The notes beneath the pieces are model-generated. The model worked only from the letters and a program-made list of their open reading frames with translations, was not told the DNA's origin and did not search any database. Below are positions 52,437 to 62,347 of a stretch of 64,000 nt of DNA, one piece after another; the stretch's first letter is position 1, and every line of letters starts with the position of its first letter. A program made the translations under genes and the position numbers. The DNA is taken from the NCBI GenBank assembly GCA_963847185.1, contig CAWJYV010000007.1, positions 480,001 through 544,000 of the forward strand. The letters are read 5' to 3'. Source of the stretch: an uncultured Methanosarcinaceae archaeon. GTDB lineage: Archaea > Halobacteriota > Methanosarcinia > Methanosarcinales > Methanosarcinaceae.

Positions 52437-52779
52437 AGATAATCCAATGAATATGGAACTGATTCTGGATCTTCTGGAATTCTATGGGCACAACGTAACA
52501 GAAGCTGAGGACGGGATAAAAGCTCTTGAACGCCTTGCTGAGAAAAAGTTTGATCTCATCCTGCTGGATATGCAACTTCCAAAAATGGATGGTTTGGAAG
52601 TTCTGGATCGAATAAAAAAGAATCCTGCAACTGCGGCTATCCCTGTGATAGCTGTTACAGCCCATGCTATGAAAGGTAGTGAAGAGCATTTCATTGAAAT
52701 GGGCTGCGTGGATTATATTTCCAAACCCCTTGATATCCACAAGTTCAGGGCTTTGATTGATAAATATCTGGGAGAATAA
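52414..52779 (+). CDS. Single-domain response regulator (DivK/CheY-like)
   Basis: ILIVEDN, ILLDMQLPKMDG, VTAHAM, ISKP; overlaps the kinase stop. Confidence 0.93.
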   Translation: MKEILIVEDNPMNMELILDLLEFYGHNVTEAEDGIKALERLAEKKFDLILLDMQLPKMDGLEVLDRIKKNPATAAIPVIAVTAHAMKGSEEHFIEMGCVDYISKPLDIHKFRALIDKYLGE

Positions 52780-52879
52780 TCACCTGAGAAAATAACCGCC
52801 TGAGAAAATAATCGTCTGAGAAAATAATCGTCTGAGAAAATAATCGCCTGAGAATAATTCCCCGGAGAATAATCACCTG
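52772..52879. repeat. ~16-bp tandem repeat, about 7 degenerate copies, between convergent genes
   Basis: Unit gagaaaataatcg(t/c)ct; the first copy includes the receiver gene stop codon. Confidence 0.85.
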
Positions 52880-52894
52880 GCTTCATAATTAAAA

Positions 52895-53689
52895 TTATAT
52901 TTTCTCAATACGTCTGGACATCTCTTTATAATATACGAAGAGCTCTTCGCACCATCTAAGTGCGGTTTCGTCAAAACTCATCAGACGTTGATGGTCAAAC
53001 TTTCCCTTTTTATCGAAAAGTACAAGCGAACAAAAACGTTCTGTTACAACATCTTTAAGCGTTACGTTTTTGTCACAGACGTATATTTCAATGTTTTTCG
53101 ACTCTACAAGAAATTTCAGACTCTCGTAGTAGTCTTTTTTCATCCTCTCAAACACAGACTCTGTCAGGATGAGACATATTTCAGCTTCCTTTCTTACGAG
53201 TTCAGAGTAAATCTCAATGTAAAGGGGGTTGAAATAAGAAAGAAACATTTTTATGTGCTTTGATTCTAGAAGGTTATTCTTAAAATCTTCAGGCACCTCA
53301 AAAAGCCTGTTAAGATCCGCCTCAAGCATGAAATAGTTTCCCAATTCATTAATCCTGTTAAGAAGATGTTCGGGAATTGCAGTAAAATCATGGTTTGTCC
53401 AGTAATCGTAATTTTCCTCAAACACCCTTACGGTATCCAGCAGGGGCTCCATCTTTTCTACTACTATCTCCCCCATTTCAGAGAGTTTGTAGGTGTTTCT
53501 GTCATCCTGCACTATTAATCGTCCCTCTTTTAATTTTTTTATCTGGGGCATGATAGAAGTCGAATTGACATTAAGGGCAGTTTTGATTTCATCTCCAGTT
53601 TTAGGTCCTTCCTCAAGCAGGAGCAGCACATCTTTTCTTTTTTCTGATAAAAATGCCAAGTCAATAAGTGATATTTTCATTTTATCCAT
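52895..53689 (-). CDS. Msr-family wHTH regulator (third paralog)
   Basis: FLSEKRKDVLLLLEEGPK, ALRWCEELF; start probably 53689 or 53680 (track start 53761). Confidence 0.85.
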   Translation of the reverse strand: MDKMKISLIDLAFLSEKRKDVLLLLEEGPKTGDEIKTALNVNSTSIMPQIKKLKEGRLIVQDDRNTYKLSEMGEIVVEKMEPLLDTVRVFEENYDYWTNHDFTAIPEHLLNRINELGNYFMLEADLNRLFEVPEDFKNNLLESKHIKMFLSYFNPLYIEIYSELVRKEAEICLILTESVFERMKKDYYESLKFLVESKNIEIYVCDKNVTLKDVVTERFCSLVLFDKKGKFDHQRLMSFDETALRWCEELFVYYKEMSRRIEKI

Positions 53690-54349
53690 CTCCCCGGAAA
53701 CTCTTGAATGTACCTGAAAAAGCTCTTCTCTTTTATCTCTTGGAAAACAATAATATGACAATAGTCCTTTCTATTTTCTAAAGAATATAATTGAGGGGCT
53801 TTGCGAAATAATACTACACTATTTTTCAGTTGATTCCTTATATTTTTTTCCAAAAAAACTTATTTTTTATATAAATTCCTTTTTCACTCTTTTTTTCTTT
53901 TTAGAAATTTTCTTTAAAAATTACTTTCCGTCAATTACTTCTTTATTCAAAGTTTTAAACTTCTTTTTGACTTTTAGGCAATTTTTTAGTTCCTTCCCTA
54001 ATTTTTCTCTATAATATCAAGCTGTAATTTCCGTTCTGGGGTTAAATGTTGTTTTTCTCAGTCCTTGAAAAGTATCTGATGCTCTCTTTGAAAATTCATC
54101 TTTAAGGATTCTCTTTTCAATTTCTCCATGTGGGATAACCTAACGTCTAAAATTATGTACTATTATTTATATTTTTTCCAGTATCTTAATTGGCTTTGTT
54201 TACGTCCTCATAAAACTGAAGATAAAAGAGATCGGTCTGAAGATATATTTTTATAAGAAAAATGAGATAAAACCAGAGAAAAGGTAAGAGTGAAGTGAGG
54301 AATAAACGAAAAAGGGATTTTCTGCACGGGGCAGAAAAAATTTCATAAA

Positions 54350-54877
54350 TTATTTTGAGGCTTTTTTTACAAGAGCAAGAATTCCGCGCAGGATTTCTTT
54401 CGGTGAGGGAGGGTTTCCCGGAATCTTCATATCAACTGGCAGAATCTTATCAACACCTCCGAGAACGGCATAAGAACCTTTATAGATCCCGCCGTCGCAG
54501 GCATCGTCTCCTGCTGCGACCACAAATTTTGGAGAGGGCATGGCTTCATAGGTTTTTCTGACTGCTTCAGCCATATTCAGGGTTACTGCACCTGTGACTA
54601 GCAGGATATCGGCATGTCTCGGAGAAGCTACAAAAGATATCCCGAATCTTTCAACATCATAGTAGGGTGTTCCCAAATTCGAAATTTCAATTTCAGTTGA
54701 ATTATCGCTTCCGGAATCCAGCTCGCGGATTGCAAGGCTGCTCCTGAAAACTTTCGGGATTTCCTTCTTTATTTCCGCACCAAGGGTTTCTAATTCTTCA
54801 TCTCGAAATTCAAAGGTCTCAGTAACTTTCGGACGGAGGAATAGGGAAAGAGGATTTACCATAGTTAAGCCTCGCAT
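54350..54877 (-). CDS. NuoB/HyfI-like small subunit of an Ehr complex, lacking Fe-S cysteines
   Basis: YDVERFG.SFVASPRHADILLVTG.VT; canonical Cys positions read SDNST, GDDA and PGNPP. Confidence 0.85.
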   Translation of the reverse strand: MRGLTMVNPLSLFLRPKVTETFEFRDEELETLGAEIKKEIPKVFRSSLAIRELDSGSDNSTEIEISNLGTPYYDVERFGISFVASPRHADILLVTGAVTLNMAEAVRKTYEAMPSPKFVVAAGDDACDGGIYKGSYAVLGGVDKILPVDMKIPGNPPSPKEILRGILALVKKASK

Positions 54878-54903
54878 GTTTCTTTATTTTTTCATCATAA
54901 TAC

Positions 54904-56521
54904 TCAAAGGTCGGTTCCTGCATACGAAAGGTTAAGACTCTTATTAATCAGGGGGAAGTCAGGAACAATATTTCCGAGCACTGCATGTTCTATGGCCTGC
55001 CAGTTGCAGAATGAGGCAGTCCTTACCTTATAACGGTCAATGATCCCGTCTTTCAGGTAAACCCAATGCAGGTTCTGTCCTCTTGGAGCTTCTATCAGGG
55101 CAAGAGAGTAGCCGGTGGTCCGCATGTCGGAGTCATATTTAGCAGCATACACAGGCCCTCCAGAAACTCTTTCTATAAGCTGCAGGATAAGTTTTAAGGA
55201 AGCCCGAATTTCATCGGCTTTTACCTCAAACCGGGAGAATACATCTCCTTTTTTTCGAACTGAGGATTCAGGAGCAAATTTTTTGTAGGCTCCATAGGGC
55301 TTATCAATCCTGGTATCTGCAGGACAGCCCGAAGCTCTTGCCAGGGGGCCTGTGAGGTTAAGTGGGGAAATAAGCTCTTTTTTTATTACTCCCTGTCGTT
55401 GCAAATCTATCAATAAGGGAAGATGAGGACATAGCCCTCTCAAAAGCCTGTTCAAATACCTTGGAGAATTTTTTCAGGAAAGCAGGAAGTTCATTTAGGG
55501 ACGTATCTGATAAATCTTTTTTAAGCCCGCCAGGGGTCATAATTCCTCTTAAAAACCTTGAACCTGTAAGCTTTTCGTTTTGTCTCAAAACCTCTTCTCT
55601 TAATATCAAGAAAGGGCTTGCTACAAGAGCAAAACCTACATCTACAGCCATGCCTGCGAGGTCCCCAAGTAATGAGTAAATCCGTTCAAGTTCCAGTACC
55701 ACTGCTCTCAAATGTTCTGCTCTTTCCGGCACTTCTATTCTATAGATCTGTTCCACAGCCATGCAAAATCCTGCTGCATTTGCCGCACTTTCGTCCCCAC
55801 TTACGGCCTCGGCAAGAGGGACACACTCCAGGGGAGTCTTTCCTTCAGCCAGTTTTTCTATGCCCCTGTGCTTGTAAAACAACCGGATTTCCAGGCTGAA
55901 AATGGGTTCTCCTATTACACTGAACCTGAAATGTCCGGGCTCAATAATTCCTGCATGGACAGGCCCTACAGGAATCTGGTACACACCTTCTCCTTTCACC
56001 TGCCTGAACCTGTATTCTGTACTGGAGGACTCGGCAGGAAGGATGGGCCCATTTTTGAATCCTTTTTGCAGGGGATGGAAGTCTTCAGGATAACATTCAT
56101 GCAGGAAGAGTCTTCTGTTATCAAACGCTCCTGCAAACTCCAGTCCGAAGCCATCTCTTATTTCCCGCTCAAACCAGGAAGCTGAAGGGAAAATCTCAGC
56201 AACTGAATGAATCTTTTTTTCTTTCCTGGTTTCAAGGACAAGAACCAAAATATGCGCCCTACCGGCCTGCTTGAAAACATAAAAAAGATTAAAATCAGTG
56301 TTTTTCTCAAAAGCTTCTGCGCAGAAGAGCCCTATAAGGCTGAAGCTCCTTTCTGCGAGGATTTCAGATACCTTTCGAAGTCCGGTTTCCGAGATACCAA
56401 TATATGTCTCGTTTTCGCGGGTATTGAGGAGTGTTGCCTCTTCTTCTGCAATACTCGAAATTTTTGAAACTATTTCAATTGCACTTATGTTAGTTTTCAT
56501 ATCCATGTACAAACCCCTCAC
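54904..56521 (-). CDS. NuoCD/HyfG-like large subunit of an Ehr complex (no NiFe cysteines); frameshifted at 55391-55393
   Basis: WFERE, GPVHAGIIEPGHFRF, HRGIEKL, ELERI, GPLARASG, EAPRG, DFPLINKSLNLSYAGTDL; removing one G joins ORFs 55358-56521 and 54904-55455. Confidence 0.85.
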
Positions 56522-58065
56522 AAATATCCAAGCTCAAGAATTATTGAATCAAGCAGATTTCTCAAAGGTTCTGGGAAATAAAGTCCCAGAACAAGGGCAA
56601 GGACCAGCAGGAAAATTGTCGGGATCCTCATTCCTCTCCTTACATTATAAGGTGAAATCAAATTACTTTTTTTGTGGCTGATTTTTTCAGTGAGTTTTTC
56701 AGTGAGTTTTTCAGATCCCGTTCTTTCAGAAGCCAGGGATTTGTTCTCATGTCCTTCTTTTCCTTCCTCGAGAGAAACTCTTGAGAAAGCTTTTAACAGG
56801 AAGTTTGCAAAGGATGCGGATGCAAGGATAAGCATTAGCAGCAGCGCCAGGGTCAGATAGGGTGAAATTTTTGCGCTCTCCAGAAGAATAAAAAACTTCG
56901 CCGGGAAAAGAGGGAAAGGCGGCATCCCTACTATGGCTATGCTCCCCAGAATAAGAGTCCATGCTGCACGTGGTTGGAGTTTAAATACATCCTTTATATC
57001 TTCACGCATGTTGCTTCCGTACTGCCTGTGCAGGACACCTGCAGAAAAGAGCAAAATTTCCTTTATCAGGACATGGCCAAGCATATAAAAAAGAACCCAG
57101 AAAAGAGCAAGAGGAGTTCCTATTCCTATCCCTATAAGAAGAAGTCCCATGTGCTCGACACTTGAAAAGGCTATCAATTTCTTCAGGTTTCTCTGCTGAA
57201 GCATACTGAATGAAGCCAGAGCAATTGAGAAAACTCCTGCTGCTATCAGGATTAAAGACGCCTGTGGAGCTACCTCACTCTCTTTAAGCAGAGCATATAT
57301 CCTGATAATGCCGTAGATCCCCAGATTTTGCATGAGCCCTGAGAGAATTGCACTTACTGATGGGGCTCGTGCGTAAGCATCCGGAATCCATGTATGGAAA
57401 GGAGCTATTCCTGCTTTTGCTCCGAAACCTATGAAGACAAAGGTAAAACTCGCAAGGAGGAGGGGAGGTGAAAAACTTGATGCATTCGCTGCAAGTTTTG
57501 TCCAGCTAAGAGTTCCTTCCCCTAGAGTTAGTTCCGAAAGAGTGAAAAGGAAAATCAACCCAAGGAACGCAAAAAGCATGGATCCGGAGACTATGAAGAC
57601 ATATTTTAGGGCGGCATCTATGTTTTCTCTTGCGGAAAGGATTGCTACAAGTACGGCAGCGCAGACTGTCGTAAGCTCTACAAAGATCCAGAAAAGCGCC
57701 AGATTATCCGAAAAAAGCGCAATAGTAGCCGTGACAAGCAGGAGGTTAAAAGCAAGGTAGAAAGTTTTCAGGTTTTTGGGGTCAAGATCTCCTGCTTCCA
57801 TAAGGCTGTCGGTATATCCCTTGGCATAGAAGGCTGCTGCAGAGAATCCAAGTGCAGTTATCAATTCCACATAAAGGTTGAGGTGGTCCAGGTAAAGATA
57901 GTCTCCATACCGGGCAGGCAAATCAAGGACTAGTAATGCTGCGCAGGTTAGAACAAGATGCAGCAGGGCATTGCCTGCGGCAAGGAAATTCATGAGTTTG
58001 TGGGATTTTGGAATAAGGCCCAGAGCCAGAAAAATTCCCATTGTTAAGAGGTAGTAACGGATCAT
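56518..58065 (-). CDS. hyfF: HyfF-like proton-translocating antiporter-type subunit
   Basis: WIFVELTT, AALKY, GFGAKAGIAPFHTWIPDAY, KKLIAFSSVEHMG; likely ATG at 58065 coupled to the hyfE stop. Confidence 0.85.
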   Translation of the reverse strand: MIRYYLLTMGIFLALGLIPKSHKLMNFLAAGNALLHLVLTCAALLVLDLPARYGDYLYLDHLNLYVELITALGFSAAAFYAKGYTDSLMEAGDLDPKNLKTFYLAFNLLLVTATIALFSDNLALFWIFVELTTVCAAVLVAILSARENIDAALKYVFIVSGSMLFAFLGLIFLFTLSELTLGEGTLSWTKLAANASSFSPPLLLASFTFVFIGFGAKAGIAPFHTWIPDAYARAPSVSAILSGLMQNLGIYGIIRIYALLKESEVAPQASLILIAAGVFSIALASFSMLQQRNLKKLIAFSSVEHMGLLLIGIGIGTPLALFWVLFYMLGHVLIKEILLFSAGVLHRQYGSNMREDIKDVFKLQPRAAWTLILGSIAIVGMPPFPLFPAKFFILLESAKISPYLTLALLLMLILASASFANFLLKAFSRVSLEEGKEGHENKSLASERTGSEKLTEKLTEKISHKKSNLISPYNVRRGMRIPTIFLLVLALVLGLYFPEPLRNLLDSIILELGYL

Positions 58066-58748
58066 AAGTATCTGCCTCCTGTCCATATCTGCAGTTTTCT
58101 AAATTTCTGCCTGTACTCCTCAATACTTGAATCCATTCCTACAGCCAGGATAGTTGTTAGCATTACCAGTATCACAAGGTCAATTATTATCAGGACTTCT
58201 ATTATGAAAGGAATTTCAGTGACAAAGAGTCCGAACATCAAGACTCCATTTTCCATACTGAGGTAACCCAGAGCTTTTGTAATTACTCTCTTCCTGCTGA
58301 AAATGACAAGCATCCCCATCAATGTTAAAGAAACTCCTATGACAGCCCCGAAGAAGAAGAGCTTTGAGAGGGAAAGGTCTTCGAAGATCCGGGAAAGGAA
58401 AGAATAGGAAAGCAGGATAAGGCCTATGCTTAACAGAAGAGAAGTTGTAGGTTCGAGATAGGTAAAATGCAAATCTCTTCCGATTTTGATTTTTTCTTCT
58501 ATCCTGGAGATAAAGTATGGGATTAAAATCACTTTACTTGTCAGGGTCAGGCCTGCCAGTAGCAAAAGCTGTCCCTTCCCGTCTATAAGGTAGAGAAGGA
58601 CCGAGACTGCAGCAAGCAGGAAGGATTGGATGGTATATGTGGTCAGAACTGAACTAAGGTTACGGGTTGAGATGATCAAACCTGCACTGATGAGGACAAA
58701 AACAAAAAGGATCTTGATTAGACCTTCAATAAAGAGGGGGTCAATCAT
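58062..58748 (-). CDS. hyfE: HyfE-like membrane subunit
   Basis: KVILIP, GYLSMENG motif, hydrophobic; operon position. Confidence 0.82.
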   Translation of the reverse strand: MIDPLFIEGLIKILFVFVLISAGLIISTRNLSSVLTTYTIQSFLLAAVSVLLYLIDGKGQLLLLAGLTLTSKVILIPYFISRIEEKIKIGRDLHFTYLEPTTSLLLSIGLILLSYSFLSRIFEDLSLSKLFFFGAVIGVSLTLMGMLVIFSRKRVITKALGYLSMENGVLMFGLFVTEIPFIIEVLIIIDLVILVMLTTILAVGMDSSIEEYRQKFRKLQIWTGGRYL

Positions 58749-59686
58749 GCAAACACCTCTATAAGAATTGTAAGGGCTGAGAAGAAAAATGCCATCACGT
58801 AAAAAGCAGGAAGCCTGAAGAGACGCATCTTTGCGAGGGATGACTCAAAGAGTCCTATAATGATGGCAAGCAGCCCGGCTTTCAGAAGAAAGAGGACAGC
58901 TGAAACTGCAATTTTTCCTGAATTTAACTCAGTACTGAGTCCTATCGGAATAATAGTATTGATTAATATTCCCATCAAAAGTAACTGTTTGAGAGCGTGG
59001 GCAAGCTCGAGTAGGGCCAGATTCTTTCCAGTCTGTTCCAGTATCATGGCCTCATTAATCATTGTTAACTCAAGATGGGTTGCCGGGTTGTCGACAGGCA
59101 GCCTGCCGGTCTCCACAATAAGAATTATAAAAAGAGAAATTGAGACCAGGACAAGTGTAGGGTTCAGAGGAAGAATCTTGCTTGCTGTCAGCGCAAACAT
59201 TTCATGCATATTCAGGCTTTTAAGGACAAAAGCAAGGGCTGCAAAAGATACCACCATACTTGGTTCTATTACGGCTGCCAAGCTCATCGAACGGGAACTT
59301 CCCATGCCCCCAAAGGCACTTCCTGCATCAAGTCCTCCAAGTGCCGTAAAGAAACGCTCCAGTGCCAGGAGATAGAGGAAAACGATAACATGGCCGAATC
59401 CTCCCACGGGTTCGGGTACAAACACCAGGGGAACAAAGAGGGAAGCAATGAGCAGGGTAGAAAGATTAAGGTATGGAGTAAAACGCATAATCCAGGAGGA
59501 TGTAGGAGAATAAACTGTCTCTTTGTGCAGAAGTTTCCTCAAATCATAATATACCTGGAAAAGTCTTGGCCCTTTTCTTCCCTGGGCATATGCTTTTACT
59601 TTCCTTATAAGAGCCATATACAGAGGGGCTGCCAGTAAAGCGAAGATGGGATTTAACACGGCGAAGAGCAGAAAGGAACTGTTCAT
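58745..59686 (-). CDS. hyfC: HyfC/HycD (NuoH-like) membrane subunit
   Basis: RKVKA..QGRKGP, GGMGSSR, ETGRLPVDNP.THLELTMI.EAM.LE. Confidence 0.88.
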   Translation of the reverse strand: MNSSFLLFAVLNPIFALLAAPLYMALIRKVKAYAQGRKGPRLFQVYYDLRKLLHKETVYSPTSSWIMRFTPYLNLSTLLIASLFVPLVFVPEPVGGFGHVIVFLYLLALERFFTALGGLDAGSAFGGMGSSRSMSLAAVIEPSMVVSFAALAFVLKSLNMHEMFALTASKILPLNPTLVLVSISLFIILIVETGRLPVDNPATHLELTMINEAMILEQTGKNLALLELAHALKQLLLMGILINTIIPIGLSTELNSGKIAVSAVLFLLKAGLLAIIIGLFESSLAKMRLFRLPAFYVMAFFFSALTILIEVFA

Positions 59687-61614
59687 ACGAGACCTCCGGT
59701 CACGAGAATCAGGATGAGAACTGCAATAAATGCATAGAGGACATAACTGTCAAGTTTTCCGTTCTGCAGTTTTGAGACCATCTTTGAAATACTGTCGATT
59801 GCATATGCAGGTGGAGTATAGAGATACTCCTCAAAAATGCGAAGCAGGCGAATTTCCACTTTTCCGTTTTTGAAAAGACTTTCCTGCATATCAAAATATT
59901 CAGGTTTATGTACTATTCTTGTTCTGTAGATACCTTTGAAAATCATTACAAGCGGTTCGGAGAAACCCGCAGAGCTGTATTCCATTGAAGAAGTAAGGGC
60001 TGGAATTCCACAGCCCCAGGTTTCGCTGATTCGGGCAGGGTTCTTTGAACGCATTATAAGGAAAAGAGCCGTGTATGTCAGACCAAGCAAAAGTCCGAGC
60101 AGGAAAAGATCCGGAAATTCTAAGTTCAGGCCTGCAAGGGAAAGGAGCTGTTTTGAAAAGAGTCCTGTAAGGATGCAGAGGACTGCAGGTACGGCCGGGC
60201 CAAAAAGCATGGGGTTTTTGACTTCTTCTGCCATTTTGCTTTGTTCCGAACGAGGAATGGCCAGACATGTAATCCCGAAAAGTTTTACGAATAGGACAGC
60301 TGCAAGAGCACCTGTAAGAGCAAAACTTGAGAGTGCGATTATTAAAAGCACGGTAAGCAGGGGTTCGGTAAGGGCTGAAGACTGTAGAAAAGCCTGGTAG
60401 AGCAGGAGTTCTCCGGCAAAACCGTTTGTCGGAGGAAGAGCTGCAATAGAAATTGACCCTATCATGAAGAGAGCCGAGGTTGAAGGCATGCTTTTTACAA
60501 GGCCTCCGAAAGCTTCGATGTTTCGCGTACCTGTAGCATGGACTATTGAACCTGCACAGAGGAAAAGGAGACTTTTGAAAAGGGCATGGTTAAAAGAGTG
60601 GAAACAGGCTCCTGCGAGGCTTAATAGGGCTAGAGCTTCCAGCCCCTCTACTTTAAATATTACATACATGCCTATCCCGATAAAAATGATCCCTATGTTT
60701 TCGATACTGCTGTAGGCAAGCAGTCTTTTTATGTCACTTTCTTTAAGGGCGTAGATCACTCCCAATAAAGCCGTGACACAGCCTCCTATAAGAATGAGCA
60801 CTCCCCACCAGAGTTCGGGGACGGAAACAGAGAGTAAAAAACGTAGAAAGCCGTAGATTGCAACCTTTAGCATGACACCTGACATAAGAGCTGAGGCGCT
60901 GGAAGGAGCTGCAGGATGGGCATATGGAAGCCATTTGTGGAAAGGTACAATCCCTGCTTTGATCCCAAAACCAGTGAAAAGGCAGAGGAAGGGCAGAGCC
61001 AGGGAGCTTGCCGGGTAATCCAGCTGTCCGAACTCAGCAGAACCGGTAAGCCTGAAAAGGCTTATAAAACCCAGGAAAAGAAAAGTTGTACTCAGGCTTG
61101 TCATTACAAAGTAAAAGAAACCTGCTTTTTTGTTTTCTTCCGAGGAATAATTATGGAGCACAAGAAGCAGGGAGGAAAGGGACATTATCTCCCAAAAAAA
61201 CAGGAAGCCTACCATATTTCCTGCAAGCACCACAAGGAGCATTGCAAGAATAAAAAGATTTGTGAGGGCTGTTTGCAGGTTCTTTCTGGCTTCGCTTTCA
61301 GCATGTTCCACGTATTCGACCGAATAAATTGAAACTCCGGGTATAACTGCTGCAATTAGCAAAATGAAGCCTGCTGAAAGTCGATCTGCAGCAAGAGTGA
61401 AATTCAATCCGGGAAGATATCCGAAGGTTGGAAAGGCAGGCTCTTTTCCTGTGTAAAGAATAATGCCTGCAAAAGCCAGGAGCAGGATTGAAGAAATTAA
61501 AGATAGGCCGAAGGAAGCCTTTCTTGTGTTTTTAGTGCGGTACAGAAGGGGGAGGAAAGTTCCGGATATCAGGGCTAAAACAGCGCTGTAAATAAAGGCT
61601 TCGAGCAAATACAT
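59683..61614 (-). CDS. hyfB: HyfB-like (NuoL/M, MrpD-type) antiporter subunit
   Basis: FWEIMSLSS, GFGIKAG.VPFH.WLPYAHP.AP, KRLLAYSSIENIG, NHALFK.LLF, LPP.NGF.GE, TWGCG. Confidence 0.88.
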   Translation of the reverse strand: MYLLEAFIYSAVLALISGTFLPLLYRTKNTRKASFGLSLISSILLLAFAGIILYTGKEPAFPTFGYLPGLNFTLAADRLSAGFILLIAAVIPGVSIYSVEYVEHAESEARKNLQTALTNLFILAMLLVVLAGNMVGFLFFWEIMSLSSLLLVLHNYSSEENKKAGFFYFVMTSLSTTFLFLGFISLFRLTGSAEFGQLDYPASSLALPFLCLFTGFGIKAGIVPFHKWLPYAHPAAPSSASALMSGVMLKVAIYGFLRFLLSVSVPELWWGVLILIGGCVTALLGVIYALKESDIKRLLAYSSIENIGIIFIGIGMYVIFKVEGLEALALLSLAGACFHSFNHALFKSLLFLCAGSIVHATGTRNIEAFGGLVKSMPSTSALFMIGSISIAALPPTNGFAGELLLYQAFLQSSALTEPLLTVLLIIALSSFALTGALAAVLFVKLFGITCLAIPRSEQSKMAEEVKNPMLFGPAVPAVLCILTGLFSKQLLSLAGLNLEFPDLFLLGLLLGLTYTALFLIMRSKNPARISETWGCGIPALTSSMEYSSAGFSEPLVMIFKGIYRTRIVHKPEYFDMQESLFKNGKVEIRLLRIFEEYLYTPPAYAIDSISKMVSKLQNGKLDSYVLYAFIAVLILILVTGGLV

Positions 61615-62347
61615 TCACTCCTGAAGTCGGAATTTGGCTGTTGAATCAAAATATGAAAATAGGTTTTCAGTCCGGGTGGAGAGTAAAGACTCTCCAGTTC
61701 GCATCCCACTTAAAGCGAGATTCTTGAAACTGTCCTCTGTATATGAGATAATGGGAATAGTTCTAAAATTCGTATTTACATTCCACCGTAAATTTCTATT
61801 TCAAGGATCATTTTTCCCGGAAACGTTTTTGCCTAATACTTATCAATATTATATAGGTTTACATTATAAAGTTTATTGTACGCTTATGTAACTATTATTC
61901 ATTATTCTTATTTTTTAACAATGAAAATGGTATAAAGTTCAAAAATCCTTCAAAAAAGATTTTCTTTCTCTTTTATGTCCTAAATTCCTCTTTATTTCAT
62001 CCTCTTTTCTATGGGTGAAATATATATAATTATCACGATTTTTAATGGAAATAATTTTAACTCTTTGATTATTTTTACATTATTCCACTAACTTATTCTA
62101 AAACTTACCTCTAACTTCTAAAGATTTTAAATCCATTTAGTGTAATTTATTCAAATTATGATCTGTGATTTTTTTCTTTCGTCTGTATTCTTTAATCAAA
62201 TGTGGTTAAGAGGATCTAAAAAAATGTCATTTTCAAACTTTCAGTTCCATAAAATACATAGACTTCTTTTAGAATAGGATCAATAATGAAAAAGAAATGT
62301 TAATCTCGGAAAGACCCGAGGTATATATTTTAAAATTCCAACTTCTG

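Noticed and set aside
52772-52879. Possible CRISPR arrays (also 35142-35192, 63383-63464, 39471-39646)
   Set aside because: Units are contiguous or only two copies, with no unique spacers and no cas genes.
56682-56714. 12-bp repeat in the hyfF-like gene (EKLT EKLT EK)
   Set aside because: In-frame micro-duplication in a hydrophilic loop; no evidence of function.
54350-61614. Annotation as a functional [NiFe] hydrogenase-4 or formate hydrogenlyase
   Set aside because: Both NiFe CxxC motifs are absent, and no maturation protease or fdh genes are nearby.
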